Of a DNA stretch of 64,000 bases, positions 38,603 to 50,697 are shown piece by piece. The stretch comes from Squalus acanthias. Taxonomy: Eukaryota. Numbering within the stretch: position 1 is the first letter of the stretch; the number at the start of each line of letters is the position of its first letter. The notes beneath the pieces were generated by a model, which saw only the letters and a program-made list of their open reading frames with translations, was not told where the DNA came from and searched no databases. A program made the translations under genes and the position numbers. The stretch lies in contig CM059432.1 in the NCBI GenBank assembly GCA_030390025.1, positions 132,496,001 to 132,560,000 of the forward strand, read 5' to 3'.

Positions 38603-40280
38603 GGCCGGAATTTTGTCAGTGCTCTGCGGATGGGATGAGTGGCAGGTCAGCTGTTAAATTTAAAATGATTGACAGCGGGTCGAAAACCCGCTGTCAAAAC
38701 CCGCACACTAGACTTTCCTGTTGTCGGGTCTGTCAGCGCTGAGCAGACCCGACAGGCAGCGGTGGGGGAGGGAATTAAAATCATTAGTGGCTTGTTTACA
38801 GCCACTTATCAATAGTTTCTCCCCAGCTTTTTGGATTTGACAGGTCGCCCACTGGTTTCCCGCTGTGCCAAGACCTCGTCTGTGAAGCTGAGGCAGGAGG
38901 TCAGTGGCCATTGACTCAGCTGATGAGTTGACAGCTTCAAATGTCAAGTCAAAGCTCCCAGCTGATTGAGAAAAGTTCCCTTAACCACTAGCTTCTCAAA
39001 ACTGCATTTCCCTACAGATTCAGGATGCTGCAAGTCTTTACACAAGTCTCCATCCAGTGTCACCTCATTACCACTCCCACAATTGACAGATCGCTTCTGT
39101 CATCTCTACTTCACCTGCCATCTATTCCATCAGCATGGGTGCCTTTGAAACTCTCTCATCTTGGTCCTCAGAATCCCACCACAATCAGCCCCAACACCAG
39201 CAGCACCAGGCACACCAGCAGCACCAACAACAACACCAACTTTCTCTGCAATCACCTGATGCTGCACAGGACAGAGGGCATCAGCACCCAAACACATTGC
39301 TGCCTGGGCAGCCAGGGATGGCCTCACCATGGTCAGATTTACTTCACTTGACGCTGCACACCCTGGCTGCCACATGATGCGCCAGGTTGGCACCACCCCA
39401 CACCAACACCATAAAGCATCCATACAATGACCAAGCCATTCCTTTCACACTCATCACCATTGCGGGGGGTACCATTATGTCGCACCAATCACTGCAACTC
39501 ACTAATCCACTTCCAAAGGTGCACACAAATCTGTCCAAGAAGTTAAAGTGTTGAAAATAAAGGTTTCAATGTTTGACAACACATTAACAGAAACTTCACA
39601 TGAACATTGGCTAAAACTCCCAAGTGCCTACCCTTGTGTGTTGCTAGTTGTTATGATTGGACTAGGATGAGGGTGAGGGTGAGGGGTGGCTAGTGAGATG
39701 GGGAAGTGATAATGTAGATAGAGACGGATGGGTGGAGGTGCAAGGTAAGTTGGTGTGAGTAAGGATGTGCAGGAGTAGGGTAGGGAAGGCAGAGTGATGG
39801 GGATGTGATGAGTGGCACAGCAGGATGAGGTTGAGTGTGGCTTTGCAGTAATGTTTCATGATCTACTGAGATCATTGAAAGGTTTGCGCCACTGCAGCCT
39901 GGTCCTTCTGACGACCATGGGAAGGGAAGAGGGCCTCCCTGCGTGCTGTGACTCCCTCCATAAGCATATGGAGGGAGTCATGGGAGAGCCTGGGTGTAGC
40001 CGTGCACCTCTGTGCAGTGCTTGTCAGTGTTTGCAGCACCTCAATGCTGTAGAACACTGACAGCACAAATGTCAAAATAAAGTTGGCCATGGTCCCTTTA
40101 AGGAAACCGGCTGATGACGCGTCATAAATGATGTTATCAGATCCGCTTCAATTGGCCGGGAAACTCGCTTGGCGGGTTTAACACACCCAATCATCGGAAA
40201 GTCATTTCGGAGGCAGGGATGGAGCCAGCAGTGGGGTCGAGACCCGCCACGGTCCCGCCGAGGTAGGGTAAATCGCAGCC
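38603..40280 (-). mobile_element. non-autonomous Harbinger, inverted relative of 33199-35797, inserted in a PLE terminal repeat
   Basis: Ends GGCCGGAATTTT / TAAATCGCAGCC, TSD AAC (38600-38602, 40281-40283). Shared translated segments (MANFILTFVLSVFYSIEVLQ...). Confidence 0.88.
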
Positions 40281-41061
40281 AACGTCGTTGGCCTTTCGTC
40301 AGAATTGGAAGAAGTTCGAGATTTAACAGTTTATAAGCAAGTGCAGATCTAGGGAAATGTGTGGGGGGGGGGGGGGCGGAGGCGGGGGGCGGAGGCGGGG
40401 GGGCGGGAAGGGGAAGAACAAAAGGGAAAGTCTGTGATATGGTGAAGGGCACGAGAGATTAAATGACAAAAGGGATGATGGTGCAAGGCAAAAGGGGGTG
40501 GCAATGGGACAAGTAAATCCAGAGGAGGTGTAAATGGTTACAGCAGAACCATTACCAGCACCAGCTTCATTGGAACAGTGTAGAAGGCCAAGGACAGAGA
40601 GATCAGAGTGGGAATAGGAGTGGGGTGGAGAATTAAAATGACACGCGACCGGAAGCTCAGGGTCACGCTTGTGGACTGAGCGGTCAGCAAAGCGATCACC
40701 CAATCTGCGTTCGTTCTCCCAATGTAGAGGAGACCGCATCGTGAGCAGCGAATACAGTATACTAAATTGGAAGAAGTACAAGTAACTCGCTGTTTCACCT
40801 GGAAGGAATGTTTGGAGCCCTGGAATGTGGGAAGGGAGGAGGTGAAAGGGCTGAAATGCCACATTCAACGGATCACCCTCTGCCATTTCCGCCACCTCCA
40901 GCGCGATGCCACCACCAAACACATCTTCCCTTCTCCTCCCGCTCAACATTCCGAAGGGATCACTCCCTCGCAACACCCTGGACCACTCTACCATTACCCC
41001 CAAAAAACCTCTCCCCTTCCCATGGCACCTTCCCGTGCAAGTGCAGGAGACGCAACACCTG
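40281..41061 (-). mobile_element. Penelope-like element fragment with inverted 5' part
   Basis: Minus strand 40560-40850 encodes GIY-YIG (TCTSSNLVYCIRCSRCGLLYIG). 40860-41061 matches 10620-10815 on the plus strand. Confidence 0.9.
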
Positions 41062-42472
41062 GTTTGTGATATCACCTGCAGCTGTCGACAGGGTTACTGT
41101 CTGGTCGTTCAAGGATGAGCTGTGGATAACTTTTGAGAATTTATCTCACGTCGATACATAGGCAAGTGAAATGTTGGTTCTGCTAAGTGTTCCAGCTTCG
41201 AGCTTAGAAAATCTCATGGGGAGGGGCTGAGGGGAAGAAGCACATTTTAAGTATGAGTTTTCTATACAGTTATATCATCTGGCACCTTCTGGGTGCTGGC
41301 TGTACTTAGATTGGAGTCACTGCAACAGTGAGCATCACAAGCGCTACTTGCAAATCCGAAATGAGTGAATTTGCATTGTACTAGTTGCTCCCCCCTCCAA
41401 AATAGGTAATAAGAAGATGGGTTATTAATATTTGTGGCACACTATGAGTTTATAAGGTTTTTGCCAGGATATTGTTTTGTTTTTTTGGTATCTGATGAGA
41501 AAAAATTTGCAGGGCTGTGCGGAAAGAGCAGGGGTGTGGGAGCAATTGGATAGCTCTTTCAAAGAGCCGGCACAGGCACGATCGCCCGATCTATCTATAT
41601 CTGCTATATCAGTCTATGATTCTATGATTGTAATGTGGCTTCTGGAGGAGATTTCCTCTGGTTGTGATGTGATGTTGGCATCATAAAAATAGCAGGAAGT
41701 TTTCCTATTTTTGCTGTTTTCTAATGAAATCATAAAAAGTGTTCTGAAAGATATTGTTTACAATTTTGATACAAATAATGTTCGGCAGAAATCCTCCTGC
41801 TATGTTTATGACATTGTGGAGACATACAGGTAAACTCGGGGGGTGAAAACCGGACAGGCTGTATAACGGGTAGGCCATCTGCCCCACCAGATTAGCGCCC
41901 TTGTAGAGACAAGGACAATTTACCCCATGGTGACCAAGGGCATGGTCTATCCTGATGATACATGTGCAGAAGCTGCCATTTTTTGGTCATGTATCACAGT
42001 GGAATGTCCAACATCACTGTTGTCATGCTCAGGAGTCATTCCCTCCTTATTTAACTTGATTACTTTCCCAAAAACTCATGTCCCCTGTTTAGAGACTAGC
42101 TATGTGTTCCCATCAAGTATATACTCTTTTTGTCTCAAATTGAAAAGATATTGGGCTAGAAATTCATTATAGCCCAGGAATGGGCGGTATCATTAGAAAA
42201 GTTGGAGAATTAGCGCCAGGCACTAATACTTTAGACTGCACGCAAAATTCGTGCTCACTGCTCAAAAAAATGATTGGAGTCCTAAAGCCCAAGCTTATTG
42301 GTGTTACACTCAAAAGGTGAACCAATATCAGGTGCAGTCTAATCGCAAGTCATGATTGCCACAGGCCTTTTTTCAGTTCTTAAAGGGGAGGTTCATTGAG
42401 AACCTCATTCTCAGCATGGGTGACTGTGCAGCTGCCTCAGCAAGCAGCAGTAGGTCAAGGAGAAGGAGCAGG

Positions 42473-43570
42473 ATGACTGAAGCAGCTGTACTCATGGCTG
42501 ATCCACACCCCAGGGAGAGAGCCCGCAGATTCAGCAATCAAGCATTGGTGTTCGCTGTGGAGAGACAGAGGGTGGTGCTCTACCCGACAAGTGGCAGGAG
42601 ACACTCACCGCAAGTCTTCTGCACTACGCGTTCTTTAGAGGCTAGTATAGTAGTGAGGCACCGGGGACGAGTGGGCTGCAGCAAGGCCAGGAAGAAAAGG
42701 TAGCTCGAAGGCCAGCTCCCTGGAGGGTGAGTTTGCGCGCGAGTCCTGCTGCACAGGACTCAGATGAGGACCTTGATGGGGAGGCATTCACAAGAAGGGT
42801 GATAGGCATGCACACGGAGATGATAGATGCAATGGCAAGGGTGCCCAAGAGCCTCGCGGCAATGATAAGGTATATGGAGGAGGCCACATCCAACATTGCA
42901 CAAGGCTCTGCGCACACCATGGAGCCCATCATTTCCAGTCTGCAAAGGATGATAGACTCCCAGAGAGACTATGGCGACCCAGACCTGATGCTGCGTGTGA
43001 TGGGCAATCTGGCAGCTTCCATTGCAGCACAGGCGGAAGTGACGCAATGCTGTAATGCAGTCTATGCTTGGTGGCATCCAATCTCAGATTGCTCTCGCCA
43101 CGCAAGCTCTGACTGCTGTCATCGTAGCTGGGTCTACCACCATCGACCGGGGCTTTCATGGTGTTGCAGCAGGCCAGCAATCTGTGCTTCAACAGATTGC
43201 TAGGGATGCTGAGATGCTGCCCTGGGGGAGTGGCAGTGGGTCAGTGGAGCAGGAACCTGCTGTCCTCTCTCAGGATGACAGCATTCCTGCTCTCACCACT
43301 GCAACTCCACCATTGCCCTTGTCGCTGCCTGTCATCCAGCCAGCCCAGACTGCTGCCGCCCTTGCTGAGGTGGTGCAGTCTACAGCCGGGCTTTCCAGGC
43401 CCAGAGCTGGTCGAGGGTGTCCTGCAAGGCCATCTGAAGTCTCCCACATGGACACTCAGCAGCCTTCCACCAGCTGTGCTGCAACCACTGGGCCAACACT
43501 TCATAGAAGCTCTAGAGTAGGCAAAGGCACAGTGACGACAGGCACTAAGGGATTGCACAAGGGTGAATAG
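42473..43570 (+). pseudogene. Harbinger Myb/SANT-like accessory gene (internally deleted, frameshifted)
   Basis: MADPHPRERARRFSNQAL..AVE..R.VLYP matches the copy at 305-545. Downstream helical and low-complexity ORFs 42727..43203 and 43055..43570. Confidence 0.75.
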
Positions 43571-43735
43571 TTAATATTTTTGTTGTAAATATGTGTTCAC
43601 TGTGTTTTGATAAATTTATTAATTCAGTTTGGATTCATTTGTGGTGTGTCTCATTTCAGCTTTGCGCTGTGATATGGCCTGCGACAGGGATGGAATGATG
43701 GGGATGTGGTGAGCAATGGGGTTCTGGGGTTTAAT

Positions 43736-44912
43736 TCATTCGAACCACAGTCTGATGAGGCGATCACGGACTGCCCTTCCGGAAGGCCAATTGAGTGGCT
43801 GCCTCCTCCCTCGCTCCTGTTCCTCCTCATCCTCCTCCTCCTCCTCCTCCTCCTCCTCCTTGTCCTCATCCTCCTCTTCCTCCTCCGCTCCCTCTTCCTC
43901 TTCCTGAGGTGGTCCAGCAATCCCTGGCTGGGCCCTCATTATGGCTAAATTGTAGAGCATGCAGCAGACCACCACAAAATGGGACACCCGCTCAGCCGAG
44001 TACTGGAGGGCTCCTCCCGAGTGGTCAAGGCAGTGGAACCATTGCTTCAGCTCGATGATGTTCCTGGTGGCAGCATGGCTGTCGTTATATGAGTGCTGGG
44101 CAGGAGTGTTGGGGTTGTGGAGGGGAGTCATGAGCCAGGTGGAGAGCGGATAGCCCTTGTCGCCAAGCAGCCACCCTCGAGCTTGACGTGGTGGCTGGAA
44201 GATTGCTGCCACACCGGTCTGGCGCAGGAAGAAGGCATCCTGGCTGCTGCCAGGATAGCGGACATTGACATTGAGGATTAGCTGTCTGTGGTCGCACACC
44301 AACTACTCATTGAGTGAGTGGTAGCCTTTGTGGTTATGAAAGATCTCAGGATTATTATCGGTGCACGCAAAGCCACGTGGGTGCAGTCAATGGTGCCCCG
44401 CACCATGGGGAATCCCACTATCCTGGCAAAGCCACATGCATGCTCGTCCTGCTTCTCTCTGGTGATGGAGAAGGAAATTAGTCCCTTCTCCTACTATAGA
44501 GAGCCTCTGTGACCTCTCGGATGCAGCGATGGACAACGAACTGCGAGATGTTAACTATGTCTCTTGTTGCAGACTGGAAGGATTCACTGGCGAAGAAATT
44601 GAGGGCGACGGTGGCCTTGACAGCCACTGAGAGAGCCATGGTCGCCCTGATCTGAGGCTCGATGTCTGGTTGCAGGAGGTGGCAGAGTTCTGTGACCACC
44701 TCCTTGGTGAAGCGGAGCCTTCTAATACACTGCTCCTCGCTTAATTGGAGGTAGGAGAAGTGCTCTCGGAATACCCTCGGAGGGTAAGGCCTCCTGGTGA
44801 GAGCCCTGATGGTCCTCCTCCTCCCTCTGGCCACATGTTCCAATCTTTCTCGCTGCCTCCACTCCCTCCGCTGTAGACCCTGGAGGGCGAGGTCGACTGC
44901 CAGTACTGCCCC
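43736..44912 (-). pseudogene. Harbinger DDE transposase, full span with frameshifts
   Basis: MGAVLAVDLAL...RLRFTKEVVTELC, GTIDCTHV, YPGSSQDAF, LLGDKGY, HAATRNIIE, CCMLYNLA, poly-Glu tail and GRAVRDRLI. Confidence 0.95.
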
Positions 44913-46152
44913 CATTAATGTAACCAAGTGTAGCAGTTTGATTTTTTTAAGAAGAAATGTAGCTACTTTTTAAGTTGCCACAACACTCCTGATACTAAAT
45001 AACGTTGAAATTATGGAATGAGACTGTTGCATTATGTGAAACTGACAAGAAAGTATTGAAACTCCACTAACCTACAGCTGCGACTCATTACTGATGATCC
45101 CTTTTAATGACGTCCCTGGAGCTGGCTTCCTGGTGCTTCATGCCAGCTCTCCCTGTCGCTGTTTTCTCCAGGCGCTAAGGTAGGTGGCGACAGTCAATTT
45201 CGCAGATCGGGCGGTCAGTGAGCGTTGCATACTCACTGACATCAGGATCCACCTGGCGTTGAGGCTCCCGGTGATAACTGCTAGCGGCGGCGTTGCGGGG
45301 AGCCGTTATTTGGCGTGCGCCATTGGATTCACCTCACCCTGGCGATAATACTCTAGCGCCCCGTTAGCGCCATCTGCTGGCGCTAATGGGAGGCGCTAAG
45401 GTACCAAATATTTGCCCCTTTATAGTTTACATTATCTACATTACAACAGTGACTACACTTTAAAAAAAAAGTACTGTGCAAAGCGCTTTGGGACGTCCAT
45501 TGTCGTGAAAGCTGCTATATAAATGCAAGCCTTTCTTTTTTCTTTTCTTAAATCTTGATTCAGCTCACTAAAATATAAAACCCAAAATATTATATAACAG
45601 GGAGTAAATTTACAGACAAAAGAAAATCAAAACCGAGGATATCAAATATTAATATTTGTGCGTTAGAATGTGATGCACTGTTCTCATACCTTCTAGGTAC
45701 CTTCTACCTGTACATCACAATCACCTTTACTATCCTTTCACCTGCCTCCAGAGTGCTCAATGTGCCCCTGCATAATAATAATTAGAATGAATAAAAATGT
45801 AGACCAGAAATGTTAAAGAATAAGTTTAAGACAGGAACTGAATTGAAGGCTTCTTTCTAGCAGTGTTGCATTATTTTTAATGAATAGTCCCGCCGTTCCA
45901 TGGTTGGAGCCATTTGGCTGTAAAACTGACAAAACAACAGTCTATAAAAGATTCGGAGAAATTCCTTTATGCAAAGGGGTGTTGGAGCAAGGAATGCTTT
46001 GCCACAGCTCTGGTTGAGTCAGAGACCATCACATCTTTTAAGGGAACATTGAATAAATATTTGAAGCAGAGGACAATACAGAGCTGTGAAGAGTGCAGGG
46101 GGCACTGGGATTAGTTTCAGCAAAGAACTGACACAGATACAATGGGACAAAA

Positions 46153-46487
46153 CCCGCCAAGACATCTTCGACAGCACCTTCAAAACCTGCGACCTCAATC
46201 ACCTAGAAGGACAAGGGCAACTGGCGCAAGGGAACGTCACCACCTCCAAGTTCCCCTCCAAGCCACACACACCATCCCGACTTGGACATATATCGCCGTT
46301 CCGTCATCGTCGCTGGGTCAAAATCCTGCAACTCCCAACCTAACAGCACTGTGGGAGCACTTTCACCACACAGACTGCAGCGGTTCAAGAAGGCGGCTCA
46401 CCACCACCTTCTCAAGTGCAACTCGGGATGGGCAATAAAAGCTGGCCTTGCCGGCGACGCCCACATCTCGCGAATGAATTTAAAAAA
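46153..46487 (+). mobile_element. CR1/L2-group LINE 3' fragment
   Basis: Homologous to about 55958-56286. Confidence 0.85.
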
Positions 46488-46782
46488 GGCCTCCTACTGT
46501 GGTACATACTTCCATAGTTCTATGGTCCTAATAGACATGATAAGGCCTATTTCAGCAGGCTTTACTCCATACTTAGTTATGCAACGCAATATGAATCAAA
46601 CAACTACTTGATAAAGAAGTTACTTCAGAGTCCAGAATAGTCGTCTATTTTCTCTGAAACTCACAACAAGGGAGCCAAGTCACAGGTTATAGAAAGCTGA
46701 AGCAGAAAAACCCTGGACTACCTTCTGCTTGCAGTGAGACAGAAAAATGTGCATTTGAAATGACACACTGACTTATAATTAT

Positions 46783-47710
46783 AGCTATCTTATAGTGTGA
46801 TGGTTATGTTACTGAACAAGTAATCCAGGGGCCTAGACTAATTATGCAGAGAACATGAGTTCAAATCCCAACACGGCAGTTTGAGAATTTGAATTCAATT
46901 TAAAACATTTGGGGGTAAAAATTGAGTCGCGCCCCATTTGGGGCGCTAACCTCGCCGGGGCGCGACTTTTAGCGCCCCGAAAAAATTAGCGGCCCCGCGC
47001 CGGAACTTCAGTGGTTGCGCCCCAAGAGGGAAGCGGGGCGCCACTGGAAGCACCCCGCATCCCTCTTGGGGCGCTGCGAGGGAATATCCTGGCGCTACGT
47101 GCCGCAGCGCCACGCGCTGTGGCACGTCGCGCCGCGGTATTGCAGGCCTTCCTCCCCTTCTTAAAGGGGAGGGACCCTGCGCAGCACGAACCGGGGCCCA
47201 GCTGGGCTCCCAGGGATCGGGAGTACCGGCAAAAGAGCCCGGCACTCAAGAGAAGTGCCGGGCTCTTGGAGCGCAGCCGGCACTTCACGGTGGGGGGGCT
47301 TCACGGGGGCCGGGGACAGCAACGGGGGCAGGTGCTGGCAGGCGGCCAGCAACAAAAATGGCCGCCTGCCACCTCCCCTTTAAATATCGCCGCCCCGGCC
47401 GCACGTACGAATTTAAAAACTGGTAGAAGTGACTATAAAGTGTTGGATTGTTGTATGTTCACTAATACCCTTTAGGGAATGAAATCTGCCGTCCTTACCC
47501 GGTCTGGCCTATACGTGACTCCAATCCCACACCTTTGTGGTTGACTCTTAACTGCCCTCTGACGTGGTGTAACAAGCCTCTCAGTTGTATCAAAGTGCTA
47601 CACCGCAGGGGTTCAAGAAGCAGGCCCATCACCACCTTCCCAGGGCAACTGGGGATGGGCAATAAATGTTGGCCTTGCCAGCGATGCCCACATCCCGTGA
47701 ATGAATGAAA
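46783..47710 (+). mobile_element. second tRNA-derived SINE family with LINE-derived tail, interrupted by a MITE
   Basis: B-box GAGTTCAAATCCC at 46857-46869. Tail 47605-47710 matches the LINE 3' end at about 56180-56285. Confidence 0.8.
46911..47408 (+). mobile_element. truncated Harbinger MITE
   Basis: GGGGGTAAAAATTG terminus after TTT, followed by CGCCCCATTTGGGGCG hairpin and TTAGCGCC motifs. Confidence 0.75.
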
Positions 47711-48329
47711 CATTGCTGTTGGTTGCCAAACGAACTATCAAGACAGCCTCTTGAATCTTTTTTTGCTCCAAAGTTTCTTTTCAAAAAGTGTATTGTTTGG
47801 TGATGGAGGGGTTGCTGAGGAGTAAACGGCCCACTGCGCTTAGTCATCTTGGTGTCAAGAACAATAGGACTCATGAGCTTCTATCTTCATCCTTACATTG
47901 CCTGCACATCATTTTCCTCCCTCATTCTCAGCTGAAATGGCCATTATCTAAAGTATAGCATTTCACACCTCATTCACTGACATTTCCTCTGTGCTGAGGT
48001 TACAAATATTCACATTTTATGCTTCACATTTCTCAAAAACATTAAACACAGTTTCTAGACCCACTACATCCCCTCATTAGGCACTTCCCTCCAGATAGAG
48101 CCTTGGCTATTCATCATCACCTTTTGATTTTAATGGCCAAACCAGTTTTCATTCTAGTTAGTTGCCCATTAAAAGAGAAAGAGAGCGCTTTGAGTTCAAA
48201 ATAGGGACATTGAGAAAATTTACTCGCCATACCTGTAAAATGCGAATGTATACAGTGATTTACTTAAAGGTTGTGATGTTAGAGTAAAAGATGGAAGCTT
48301 TTGTGACGTAAAAATAAGCAAGACTATTT

Positions 48330-48881
48330 GGGGGAGAAATTCACTATCGCCCCGGTTGGGGCGCTAATTTAAAAAATTTGAAAAGTTAGTGCCAGGCGCT
48401 AATGATTTCAAACTTTTGAAAAATTCACCATTTGCGCTCCAAGAAGGAAGTGGAGTGCTAAATCAAGCAGAGTGCCAGGGCTGATTGATCGCGGGCAGGA
48501 ACCGGCGAAAAAAACTGGAACATGAAAGGTAAGTTTTTTTTTTACTTATCTCGGCCACCTCGCCTTTAATCACCGCCCCCGAAGCGGCTGGCCGTCCGAT
48601 ACACGCCTCCTGCAGCGGTCGGTGTTTTCGACCGGCGCAGCTGCAGGGGGAGGAAGTCAATTTCGGGTCCAGGGCGCTACCGGGACGATGCGCATGGTGA
48701 TGACATCACGATCTCTGGGCGAAGGAGATCGGGGCGCAACGCAAAACTCCCACTGAATATGGCGGGAGTCGATGTCAGCGCCGCGCCCGGTCGCAAATTT
48801 GCGACCTGTTATCACCCCCGGGGGGGGGGGGGGGGGGGGTGGGCGCTAACGGGAGGCGCAAAGGCACCCAATTTCGCCCCC
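48330..48881 (+). mobile_element. Harbinger MITE (same family as 6104-6572)
   Basis: GGGGGAGAAATT / AATTTCGCCCCC, TSD TTT (48327-48329, 48882-48884). Confidence 0.92.
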
Positions 48882-49704
48882 TTTATATTTTGAGTGATCA
48901 TATGACATTTGGAAAGGTATTACAAGGAGTGCCTTTTATTATCAGTATAATAATCGCAAAATGTCATTCATATAAAATAACAAATCAGTTATTCAAGACA
49001 AGTAACAACATTCACATCTTGATTTTCTTTTAAACAGAGAAATACTAGGCTTGAGTACCTGGATAGATTGAGACCTTGTTTTTGGAGGTACTTTGTGGAT
49101 CCATAGTTCCAATAAGTATCTGAGCAGGGAGACACTTTCACAAGATTATTAAAAAATAGAATATATGCACTAACATATACACGATGGCAGGGATTGAAAC
49201 ATATCCTTCTTTAATCTAATACTAAATGAGAAGGATTGAAAACATATCCTTCTCCAATTACACCATTAGAGATTCTGTGCATGTCACGCGTTTTTTTATT
49301 GCATAGGAAGTGTGAGCTGTCTTCCCAGTACGGGGTAAATGTTCTCTTTGTGCGTTCCCAGCTCAGAGCCTTGCCCACACATCAGAGAGTCAGGTGCTTG
49401 CAGCACACCACTTTCCACCCATTCATTTATAGGCTGCAAAATCATGGGCTGCGCCTACCCATGGTTTTACGTGTTAAAGTTGCCACCTGTGTGTTTTGGA
49501 CCAGACAGTTCTTGAGTGGGGTGTTTGGAAAGGTCTAAAATGGTAAACCAGACGACAAAAGCCTTCTTTCTTTTTTTAATGCAGAAGCAATTTTTTTCAC
49601 GTAATTCTGCATCTTGCACTGTTGAAATACGGTTATTTAAGGTTTTCTAAAGATTGTAACAAACTTTCATGAGCAACAAAAGCAAACAAATTTAACATTT
49701 AAGT

Positions 49705-49968
49705 TAATTGGCAAAAGAGGTGAGATGAGGAGAATTTTTTTTTTACGCAGCGAGTTGTTGTGATCTGGAATGCACTGCCTGAAAGAGTGATGGAGGCAGA
49801 TTCAATAGTGACTTTCAAAAGGGATTTGGATAAATACTTGAAGGGGAGAAAATTGCAGGGCTGTGGGGAAAGAGCAAGGGGGAGTGGGACTAATTAGACA
49901 GCTCTTTCAAAGAGCCGGCAAAGGCACGATGGGCTGAATGGCCTCCTTCTGTGCTGTAAGATTCTATG
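49705..49968 (+). mobile_element. CR1 3' end fragment
   Basis: tggaatgcactgcctgaaagagtg... 3' UTR and ATTCTATG tail. Confidence 0.88.
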
Positions 49969-50697
49969 AAGGCCGAGCAGTGAGGCGCTAACTCGGAGCG
50001 CTGGCGAAGCTCATGTAATGTCAGTCAGCAATGGAACACACACACAATGGCACGGGCCAGTTCTTAAAGGGGATGGTTAATCTTGCTTTCCATCCACATC
50101 CTGTTCATTGCTGCCTTGAATCTCGGCCTGGAGAGACTTGCACATCAAATGTGCTGGAAAGAACAATGGAAAGTACCAGGCAAAGAGCTCAGAGTGCAGC
50201 TCCCACAGTCTCTGCTAAATCAATACAAGGAATGGCAAATCAAAATGAACCTGCAAAGTGCTGCTCAGTACCCAAAACTCCTTCACACAACGTTGAATCT
50301 CTCCAGAAGTCTCTCCCTCTCTCTCTCAGAATGCGTAGTTCAAAAATGCCACCAACAATAAAAGACAGGAAGAGGCCCCCTTTAAATAGCGCCCCCCCCA
50401 GCCCCACAGCGATTGATAGCGTTCCAGTCTTCTGGTCGTTGGAAGCGCCAGGCGGTAAGGCAGGGGGCGCCACTCAATTTCCGCTACGGGGCGCCACAAG
50501 GGCGTTGCACCATGGAATGACGTCACAATCTGCGCGCGCAGGTGGTCGCAGCGGTAAGTTTTAGCGCCGCCGCACAATCTCAAGTTAAGTTCTCGAGCGG
50601 CGCAAACAGCGCTGCGCCCGGGCGTAAGCGGCTTAACGCCCCATTAGCGCCCTCTTAAGGCGCTAACGGGAGGCGCAACCAACTGAATTTTTACCCC
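49969..50697 (+). mobile_element. 5'-truncated non-autonomous Harbinger
   Basis: Right end GGCGCTAACGGGAGGCGC...AATTTTTACCCC. Homologous to 52539-53416. Confidence 0.85.

Larger units (their letters stand above)
42153..45418 (+). mobile_element. near-complete two-gene PIF/Harbinger transposon (decayed)
   Basis: Ends GGGCTAGAAATT / AATATTTGCCCC, flanks ATT/TTT. Convergent Myb-like (+) and transposase (-) genes. Confidence 0.9.

Noticed and set aside
33199..40280. Composite transposon carrying the unique spacer
   Set aside because: Each element has its own distinct TSD (TAA vs AAC), indicating independent insertions.
43651..44058. Poly-Arg, poly-Leu, poly-Ser and poly-Pro ORFs
   Set aside because: Alternative frames of the (GAG)n poly-Glu tail of the transposase.
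43736..44927. Host HARBI1 gene
   Set aside because: Frameshifted, multi-copy, and flanked by TIRs and a Myb partner, so it is a transposon copy.
46911..47408. CpG-island promoter
   Set aside because: GC/CpG richness coincides with a MITE. The same holds for the other GC-rich blocks (6104, 14620, 48330, 52539).
49190..49253. Short direct repeat GGATTGAAA(A)CATATCCTTCT
   Set aside because: Small local duplication with about 20 bp between copies and no element features.
50031..50564. Apparent paralogous proteins 50031..50564 and 52831..53190 (MEH.H.G.GQFLKG)
   Set aside because: Both lie inside copies of one non-autonomous Harbinger. DNA-level homology explains the similarity and no domain is recognisable.
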